Source: Planctomycetota bacterium (lineage in GTDB: Bacteria; Planctomycetota; Brocadiia; Brocadiales; Brocadiaceae). From it: a DNA stretch of 21,078 nt. The notes beneath the pieces were generated by a model. That model did not search any database. It saw only the letters and a program-made list of their open reading frames with translations, and was not told the origin of the DNA. The stretch lies in the NCBI GenBank assembly GCA_016873165.1, contig VGXV01000054.1:1-21078 (forward strand), given 5' to 3'. Made by a program: the position numbers and the translations under genes. Shown piece by piece: positions 1 to 6,846 of the stretch (the stretch's first letter is position 1; the number at the start of each line of letters is the position of its first letter).

Positions 1-2093
1 ATAAAACACCCGTTGGTTTCTTCAAAAGTAGTAATTATTCCGATACATTTGCTCGATGCAGTTTGTTTGAATAAAAATATTGTATCCGTTATTATAGAAT
101 TAATATCTATGTTCTTCATAAATGCTTCTTTTGCTTTTGCCAAATCGAACATCACCTCTATAAGCCTGTTTATTCTGCCTAATTCTTTCAGAGCAATTTT
201 TTGGAAATTATTATTAAACTCTTCATTGTCTTTTTGGTGAGGCAAAAGTTGAAAATAGGTGTTAATAGGCACAAGCGGATTCTTAATTTCATGGGCAATA
301 TTCGCTGCAAGGCTTCCTAAATATGCCAGGCGGTCTGCTTGCTGTTTTTCCGCGCGAAGTATTTTTAATTCAGAGAGGTCTGTTACTATCATCAACGTTC
401 CCAGTTTTTCCCCTTTCTCCGTCTTTAGCTTGCTCGTAGAAACTCCCACCGGTATTTTTTTATTATCTCTTTCAATAATAGCCTCAATGTCATTAATTTC
501 TATATTGCTTTTCAATGCATAGAGCAGAAAACGATATATCTCCTTGCCGAGGGCTGCAACCACTTTTTCTGTAGAATACGCATTTTTCAAACCGAGTATC
601 TTTTTCGCTTCGGTGTTCATGAGGGTCACCTTCTTTTCATCCTCAAAAACAATCACGCCGCTTTTCAAACTTTGCAGGATATTATCACGATAAATTTTTT
701 CTTCATTGAGTCTGTTATAGAGCCGCGCATTATTAATTGCCATAGTCAATTGCCCTGAAAATGCCAGAAACATCTGAATATCTTCCAATGTAAATATTTT
801 CTTGTTAATTTTTTTCCCCAGCAGAATTAATCCGAAAATATCCCCTCTCTGGTAAATAGGAATACAAATATTCACCCGCAGAGAAGCCAGAGCCTGTTCC
901 AGATTATTTTCAATTTCATTTCTCGAAAAACGATTCAATTGTTCCTGAGAAAGCACGGTTTCATTCTCCCGGAGCCAGGTTATTACATTATCTCCTTCAT
1001 TAATAACGATCTCATTCCCGACAGGGAAATTGATAGATGCTTTTAAACTATACTTTTTATTTTCATCTTTTGTCAGGATGCAAATATTTTCAATTCCGAC
1101 AGAGTCATATAAGTATTGCGCCGCATTAAGGAACAGCCCCTTCAAATCATTTATGGAAGAAAACAATACTGTTGATTCCTTCAATATTGCAGGATGGCTA
1201 TATTTTACCCTGAACAATGTTTTTTCAACATAGTATTGAATCGATTCGCGGGTATACATAAAAGTTAAAATAATCACTGCGGTGGAAACACTATTTTTAA
1301 TCGTTTCTTTGTACTCGGAAACAGGCATTAATTTGCCAAGAATGAACCCAACCGCAAAATAAATAATTCCGAGGAAAACTGAGATTACACCATATACCGT
1401 GCTCCGCTTTATGATCAGCGTTATGTCTAAAAGATGATATTTTACAATTGCATACGCGACAGCAACAGGTATCGGAATAGAAGCAAAAGAAACAAACCTT
1501 TCTACCTGCCATATTCCCGCAAGCGGAAGCAGAAAGTTTGTAACAGACCCTAAAAATAACGAGGTCGCCACTCCCAGGTACAAATATCGTATCTGCAGCC
1601 TCTTAATGCCATAATAACCCTTGCTTTTTCTATATAAAATATATAAGGAATACGCCATACACGCTGTAAAATAAAAACAAAAAACTGGAAATAAGGGGCC
1701 GTAATCAGGATGATGCGACTGGTTTTCAAAAGATACCGCCCTGACAATAAAGGGGCAAAGCGCCGCAATGGCAATGCTTATCATCAGGAACAGAAAACCG
1801 AGGATTTTGTTGATTCGACTTTCCAGACGATCCGGAAACACGCTGGAAAAAAAGAAAAAAGAAAAAGGAATGAAGGACGCCGCGCAAAAAACCAACCGAA
1901 GTCTGTAAGTTGCAAGCGCGGGATCATTTGTCTGCAATGTAAAAAAGATAAAAAAATTCCAAACGGCAAACGCCTGAGCAAAAATGCAAAACCTTCTGTT
2001 CACGACATTGGAAGGATTCTTCATGAGGACAAAGATTCCAATGCCCGCATAAAACGCCGTAATAAAAGTAAGCGCGCTTTGATTGAAATTCAT
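1..2093 (-). CDS. Sensor histidine kinase, 3'-partial (multi-TM N-terminal domain, GAF, PAS, HisKA; the ATPase domain lies beyond the window edge)
   Basis: Absent from the supplied ORF track because it has no stop in the window. My manual minus-strand translation from the ATG at 2093-2091 stays open to position 3. It begins MNFNQSALTFITAFYAGIGIFVLM and has at least 7 hydrophobic segments. A GAF-like block follows (ICIPIYQRGDIFGLILLGKK...QLTMAINNARLY), then a PAS-like block (NILQSLKSGVIVFEDEKKVTLMNTEAKKILG). The H-box LAANIAHEIKNPL is encoded at 273-311. The gene starts 10 nt after the KAS stop. Confidence 0.85.
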   Translation of the reverse strand, partial: MNFNQSALTFITAFYAGIGIFVLMKNPSNVVNRRFCIFAQAFAVWNFFIFFTLQTNDPALATYRLRLVFCAASFIPFSFFFFSSVFPDRLESRINKILGFLFLMISIAIAALCPFIVRAVSFENQSHHPDYGPLFPVFCFYFTACMAYSLYILYRKSKGYYGIKRLQIRYLYLGVATSLFLGSVTNFLLPLAGIWQVERFVSFASIPIPVAVAYAIVKYHLLDITLIIKRSTVYGVISVFLGIIYFAVGFILGKLMPVSEYKETIKNSVSTAVIILTFMYTRESIQYYVEKTLFRVKYSHPAILKESTVLFSSINDLKGLFLNAAQYLYDSVGIENICILTKDENKKYSLKASINFPVGNEIVINEGDNVITWLRENETVLSQEQLNRFSRNEIENNLEQALASLRVNICIPIYQRGDIFGLILLGKKINKKIFTLEDIQMFLAFSGQLTMAINNARLYNRLNEEKIYRDNILQSLKSGVIVFEDEKKVTLMNTEAKKILGLKNAYSTEKVVAALGKEIYRFLLYALKSNIEINDIEAIIERDNKKIPVGVSTSKLKTEKGEKLGTLMIVTDLSELKILRAEKQQADRLAYLGSLAANIAHEIKNPLVPINTYFQLLPHQKDNEEFNNNFQKIALKELGRINRLIEVMFDLAKAKEAFMKNIDINSIITDTIFLFKQTASSKCIGIITTFEETNGCF

Positions 2094-2103
2094 TCTTTAC
2101 CGT

Positions 2104-3345
2104 TCAGGAATATTTTTTTAATAAAAGCACGGAATGCGACCCCCCGACGCTATGCCCGTTTATTAATATCACATTCATACTGGCATATCTCGCAACGTTA
2201 GGAACATAATCAAGATCGCAACACGGATCAGGCTCATCCAAATTAATTGTCGGTGGAATTATTCCGTTTTTCAGACTCAAACACCCTGCCACCGCCTGAA
2301 AACCGCCGCCGGCGGCAAAAGACTGGCCTGTCATAGACTTTATCGAACTGACCGGTATACGATATGCGTAATTCCCAAAAAAAACCTTAAACGCATTGGT
2401 TTCCGCAATATCATAACCTGGAATCGCATTGCCATGGGCACAAATATAATCTATTTCTTCTTTATATACTTTTCCCTTATTTAATGCCTGTTCCATCGCC
2501 GTAATCAAGGCATTTCCACTTACGTCCGATTGCACGATCTCCTGCGCCTCGCTTGATGATGCATATGATATTACCTCTGCGTAAATATCCGCTCCCCGGT
2601 TCAACGCATGATCCAGTTCCTCCATTACCAGCGTTGCTCCGCCTTCGCTCAATACCATGCCGTCGCGATCTTTATCATACGGTCTTGAAGCCTTTTCCGG
2701 CTCACTGTTTCTTTTTGAAAGGATACCCAGAGAATTTAATGCCGACATAGGAAACGGGAAAATAGGGGCATCGGAACACCCTGCCACTGCAATATCGATC
2801 TCTCCCTGCCGGATCATCCGGAAACCCCAATTGACAACATCAAGCCCCGTGATACAGCCCGAAGATAATGTAGAATTCGGACCCGTAATTTTCAATTCCG
2901 AGCAAATGTAGCCCGCTGCCACGTGAGGTGTGAGTTCCGGGGCTGTAAGCCTGCTTACGGCTTTTAATCCGCCATCCAAAAATCTTTTATATTGCCTCTC
3001 GTATATTTCGTTCTCCGCTCCTATTGTGGTGCCAAAACACACACCACATCGGTCTCTGTTTTCCGCTCCCAAATCTATACCGGAATCCTGCACCGCCATC
3101 TTCGCCGTCGCTACGCCAAAATGGGTAAACCGCGCGCTTCTTTTCACATATTTTTCCGCTAAATATTTGCACGGATCAAAATTTTTTACCTCACCGGCAA
3201 TGTGTGTATGAAGAAAAGACGGATCAAATGCGGCAATACGCTTAATACCCGATCTTCCGTTCGCCAAAGCATCCCAGTATGCCTTTTTTCCGTTGCCGTT
3301 AGGCGCCAATATTCCCAGTCCTGTAACAACAACACGTCTTTCCAT
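2104..3345 (-). CDS. Beta-ketoacyl-ACP synthase, FabF/FabB (KAS I/II) family, divergent paralog
   Basis: 413-aa ORF. It shows RVVVTGLGILAPNG at the N-terminus, the active-site Cys in LSSGCITGLD, the first catalytic His in ICAHGNAIPGYD, and a KSMTG motif. The C-terminus reads PPTINLDEPDPCCDLDYVPN, like FabF PPTINLDNPDEGCDLDFVP. The second catalytic His is Gln (see findings). Confidence 0.9.
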   Translation of the reverse strand: MERRVVVTGLGILAPNGNGKKAYWDALANGRSGIKRIAAFDPSFLHTHIAGEVKNFDPCKYLAEKYVKRSARFTHFGVATAKMAVQDSGIDLGAENRDRCGVCFGTTIGAENEIYERQYKRFLDGGLKAVSRLTAPELTPHVAAGYICSELKITGPNSTLSSGCITGLDVVNWGFRMIRQGEIDIAVAGCSDAPIFPFPMSALNSLGILSKRNSEPEKASRPYDKDRDGMVLSEGGATLVMEELDHALNRGADIYAEVISYASSSEAQEIVQSDVSGNALITAMEQALNKGKVYKEEIDYICAHGNAIPGYDIAETNAFKVFFGNYAYRIPVSSIKSMTGQSFAAGGGFQAVAGCLSLKNGIIPPTINLDEPDPCCDLDYVPNVARYASMNVILINGHSVGGSHSVLLLKKYS

Positions 3346-3429
3346 CTTGCACTTTAAATACTACCATTAGGTTTTTATGAAACGTTATACTTAAATTTAT
3401 TGTAACTCTTCAGCGTAAATGCGACACGG

Positions 3430-3605
3430 CTCTTTCCCAAGTTCCGGCTTGGGAACGCACGTGCCCGGGAAGCTTCTGCTTCTCATAACAGGAAGCAAAG
3501 CTTCCTTCACAATTGCGTTCCAAAGCCAGAGTTTTGGAACGAAAAGCCCCTTCGACTCCGCTCAGGGTGACATGCTTTTTCATATTACCATGCTGAGCGA
3601 AGATT
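3430..3605. repeat. Cluster of four consecutive palindromic stem-loops (REP-like intergenic element)
   Basis: Hairpins paired by hand. (1) 3434-3455: ttcccaag/cttgggaa, 8 bp. (2) 3468-3505: ggaagcttctgcttc/gaagcaaagcttcc, 14 bp with one bulge. (3) 3517-3540: gttccaaa/tttggaac, 8 bp. (4) 3550-3602: cgctcag...catg/catg...ctgagcg. They fill the gap between the radical SAM stop (3613) and the KAS start (3345). Confidence 0.7.
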
Positions 3606-3612
3606 TATTTGA

Positions 3613-5397
3613 CTATACAATAAAATTCTTCCTTGCTAAATATTTGCTGTAGTCATTTATTTTCCGATATGATTCTTCCAAAAATGTGTAATTTGTGCTC
3701 AATAACGCCATGTCACTTTTTATTTTAAACTCCTCAAGGCCTTTCTTACCCAAAAAACCCGCACTTCTCGCGGCAAGACAATGTTCATCCGAGACATTTA
3801 CCGTATACCCCATTTCCCTCACCTTTTTCTCCAGTAATCCCGTCATTTTAAGCATATCCAGAAATTTTATTCCGTTTAAAGATATATTGAGTTCCGGCCA
3901 CGTGCTCGGGTCTTTTGTCAGTTCATACTCATAGCGCAAAAGCGTCTGAAGATAATCTGCAGGCAATTCAAATCCATATTTGCCATGCTCCAGATGCCAC
4001 ATCGTTCCCGGCAGCGGCGCTCCGGGCGTAATAAGAACGGAATCAGGCATACAATTTTCATTTTTTAGTCTCTGCAGGAAAAATAAATTTTCCTCCAATA
4101 CTTTTTCATGAGTTATCCCGTTATCGGATGGCAACGGGCATGGATAAATAAAACTTACACCCACATCCAGGTGTTTCCCGGTATTATACGACGCCTGTTT
4201 CAATGCCTTTATTGTATAATATATATCTTCAACAGAACTCCCTTTTCCCATTACCTGCGAAAGAATATGATCATTTGCCGCTTCTGCCCCGAGAAAAACG
4301 GCTTTTAACCCGGATTGCATCACGAGTTCGTAATCTGCCACTAATGCATCCCATTTTTCTTTTGCCCTATCTTCCGCACGAACAAACATTGAATATTCTA
4401 TTTTTACGCCTTCCTTGATCAATGCGTTAGCGATTTTTTTGCTCAAGGAAACCGGTGTTGTGGACCCTGCAAATCGAAACAGGCCAATATCCATCTCCCT
4501 GATCGTATGTTTTATCTCATCCAGAATTTTCACAATATCCCCGGACTGATATTTCCCTGTAATTTTCGGATGCGTGCAAAAACTGCACTTTCCGTAATAG
4601 CAGCCTGAGGACTCTGTTATTACGGCAATATCCACCTTTCCATCCTCCTTTTCATACAGGGGAAAGTCCTTTAATCTTAACGGAATCCTTTTAACCGGAG
4701 ATTCCTTTACCTCGTTCACATCTCGGTAAATCAGATTACATATTTTCCCCTCACGAGCAAGTTCCGTTATTTTATTAATCACACCGGTTTTTTTATACCC
4801 CTGTGAATACATCTCCCTTACTATATGAATAAGCTTTACAAGAGTTTCTTCTCCTTCGACATCAATGCAAAAATCAAAAGGACTTTTCTCCAGTGTGCTC
4901 ATTTTAAACTGATTCACCTGCGGACCGCCTGCAATCACGAGCGTTTCAGGACTTATCTCATTTACTCTTCTTGTTAATTCCTCAGAATACAAAAATCTAT
5001 CCCCCAGCCATGTTTTGATCCCCAGAACCTTTACCTTGTGACAACGTACTCTTTCCGCAATCTCCTCAATATATGCTTCCATCTTCCTTTTCAGAATGCC
5101 GGAAAGTTCATTTTGAAGATTATTCCATTCCCGCACAAAAGGCGTTATTTCCTCTTTGCTTTTTCCGCCAAAAATAATTTCACACAATTCAGACAACCGT
5201 TGCGAAAGCTTATTTGCGGTAAATGACGTATAAAAATTAATTTTTGCCGGATCCTCGATAATAAAGTCAAATCCTTCGTTTTTGCATGCTCGTGCCAGAA
5301 CCCCTATGCCATTTTCCTTGAAACAGTCGCTCACAGAATAGGCTTTCCCCATAAATGAATTCCATAAGAGAAGATCCTTGCTTTTAAAATCAGTCAT
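3613..5397 (-). CDS. Radical SAM protein with an N-terminal B12-binding-like domain (class B-like)
   Basis: 594-aa ORF with RBS GGAGA 7 nt upstream of the ATG. The N-terminal Rossmann-like region contains LVIAGGPQVN. The Cys cluster is ITESSGCYYGKCSFCTHP (C266, C271, C274). Downstream radical SAM core-like strands include FRFAGSTTP and AVFLGAEAAND. There is no C-terminal SPASM-type Cys cluster. Confidence 0.8.
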   Translation of the reverse strand: MTDFKSKDLLLWNSFMGKAYSVSDCFKENGIGVLARACKNEGFDFIIEDPAKINFYTSFTANKLSQRLSELCEIIFGGKSKEEITPFVREWNNLQNELSGILKRKMEAYIEEIAERVRCHKVKVLGIKTWLGDRFLYSEELTRRVNEISPETLVIAGGPQVNQFKMSTLEKSPFDFCIDVEGEETLVKLIHIVREMYSQGYKKTGVINKITELAREGKICNLIYRDVNEVKESPVKRIPLRLKDFPLYEKEDGKVDIAVITESSGCYYGKCSFCTHPKITGKYQSGDIVKILDEIKHTIREMDIGLFRFAGSTTPVSLSKKIANALIKEGVKIEYSMFVRAEDRAKEKWDALVADYELVMQSGLKAVFLGAEAANDHILSQVMGKGSSVEDIYYTIKALKQASYNTGKHLDVGVSFIYPCPLPSDNGITHEKVLEENLFFLQRLKNENCMPDSVLITPGAPLPGTMWHLEHGKYGFELPADYLQTLLRYEYELTKDPSTWPELNISLNGIKFLDMLKMTGLLEKKVREMGYTVNVSDEHCLAARSAGFLGKKGLEEFKIKSDMALLSTNYTFLEESYRKINDYSKYLARKNFIV

Positions 5398-5469
5398 ACA
5401 TCACTCTCCGGACAGAAATAATCTCTCATACAAAAGCGCTCTCCCTTTGAATATTGCTTTTACTTATTC

Positions 5470-6846
5470 TTAATTTGCAATTTGCTCAATCCCGTATTTT
5501 TGCATCTTGTAATGAATCACGCTTCGCGTAGTGCCAAGGAGCTTTGCAGCCCTTGATTTTACGCCGCCTGCTTTCTGCAAGGCATGTTCTATCAATTGTT
5601 TTTCAATACGCGCTATTTCATCCTCGAGACACACCTTTTCATTTTCATTTGATTTCGCTTTTTGCAAATTGCAAGGAATTCCCATAATCTCTGCCGGCAA
5701 ATGTTCGGGAAGCAATACCGGTTCATTTCCATAAAGGGCTATTGCCCGTTCCAGCACGTTTTTCAATTCTCTTACATTTCCCGGCCAATGATATGCCAGC
5801 ATCAATTCCATCGCCTCACGGGAAATAAATTCGCTTTTTGCGTGGCATTCCTTTCTGTATATTTTATAGAAGTGTTCTACCAACTGTGATATGTCTTCCG
5901 GCCTCTCCCTGAGGGGGGGAATGTAGATAGGAACGACATTAATCCGGTAATAAAGATCTTCCCGGAAAAGGCCTTCTTTGATTTTTGCTTCCAAATCCTT
6001 ATTTGTTGCGGCAATAATACGAACATCCGCTTTAATGAGGGAATTCCCCCCGATACGGGAAAACTCCTTTTCCTGCAAAACCCGCAGCAATTTCGATTGC
6101 AAAAGAAGGTTTATCTCGCTTATCTCATCCAAAAAAATAGTCCCTCCTTCCGCAATTTCAAACTTCCCCTCCTTTCTCTCATACGCACTGGTGAACGATC
6201 CCTTCTCATGGCCGAAAAGTTCCGATTCCAGCAGCTCTCCCGCCAAATTAGGACAGCTTACCACAACAAAAGGCCTGTCTCTCCTGTCGCTGTCAAAATG
6301 AATCGCGCGCGCGACCAATTCTTTTCCCGTTCCGCTCTCTCCACGCAAAAGCACCGTGGCATTGACACGGGAAACACGCGAAATGGTATCGATCACCCCC
6401 TCCATTACTTTACTATGCCCATGAATTATTCTGTCCACAAAATAATTCCTGCATTCAGACCGCAAGTAACGTACTTCTCTGCTTAAATTTCTGAATTTTA
6501 ATGCCTTTTGAATCGCTAATTTAATCTCCTCAACGCCAAATGGCTTTACAATATAATCCAATGCGCCCAATTTCACCGCGTCAACGATTGACTTAACATC
6601 GTGCACCGCAGTCAGAATAATCACGCCTATTTCCTGATTTATTGGCTGCAATCTCTTTAATAATTCCATACCACCCATTTCAGGCATTCTCAAATCCAGC
6701 AACACAAGATCTATATGTTCCCTGTCTATTACCTGCAAAGCCTCTTTGCCGCTATTTACGCCAATAATCGAATAGCTTTCCTTTAAAACAAAACGCAGGG
6801 ATTCTACGACACTTTGTTCGTCATCAACAATTAATATGGTTTTCAT
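5470..6846 (-). CDS. Sigma54-dependent response regulator (NtrC/AtoC family: REC, AAA+, Fis-type HTH)
   Basis: 458 aa. REC motifs: ILIVDDE, LVLLDLRMPEMGG, KPF. AAA+ motifs: Walker A GESGTGKE, Walker B IFLDEI, sigma54-contact loop GSFTSA, and REDLYYRI. C-terminal HTH: SRAAKLLGTTRSVIHYKMQKYGI. Confidence 0.93.
   Translation of the reverse strand: MKTILIVDDEQSVVESLRFVLKESYSIIGVNSGKEALQVIDREHIDLVLLDLRMPEMGGMELLKRLQPINQEIGVIILTAVHDVKSIVDAVKLGALDYIVKPFGVEEIKLAIQKALKFRNLSREVRYLRSECRNYFVDRIIHGHSKVMEGVIDTISRVSRVNATVLLRGESGTGKELVARAIHFDSDRRDRPFVVVSCPNLAGELLESELFGHEKGSFTSAYERKEGKFEIAEGGTIFLDEISEINLLLQSKLLRVLQEKEFSRIGGNSLIKADVRIIAATNKDLEAKIKEGLFREDLYYRINVVPIYIPPLRERPEDISQLVEHFYKIYRKECHAKSEFISREAMELMLAYHWPGNVRELKNVLERAIALYGNEPVLLPEHLPAEIMGIPCNLQKAKSNENEKVCLEDEIARIEKQLIEHALQKAGGVKSRAAKLLGTTRSVIHYKMQKYGIEQIAN

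Noticed and set aside
13-1233. Short plus-strand ORFs (13-240, 259-522, 1030-1233)
   Set aside because: All are antisense to the unlisted minus-strand kinase ORF, which contains clear GAF, PAS and H-box motifs.
1710-2201. 163-aa plus-strand ORF, extremely Lys/Arg-rich (KKEKRKRNEGRRAKNQPK...)
   Set aside because: It lies antisense to the transmembrane region of the minus-strand histidine kinase, which reads cleanly through it, and it bridges the KAS/HK junction. The composition is the mirror image of F/L/I-rich TM codons. Not a gene.
3419-3652. 77-aa plus-strand ORF in the rSAM-KAS spacer
   Set aside because: It is a translation of four stacked palindromes (SSGLGTH, SQSFGTKS, DSAQGDM). It is better explained as a structured repeat than as coding sequence.
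5913-5919. G7 (C7 on the coding strand) homopolymer inside the sigma54 regulator gene as a phase-variation switch
   Set aside because: It encodes the conserved PPL of IPPLRERPEDI and the gene is in frame. Seven bases is short, and I have no evidence of length variation.
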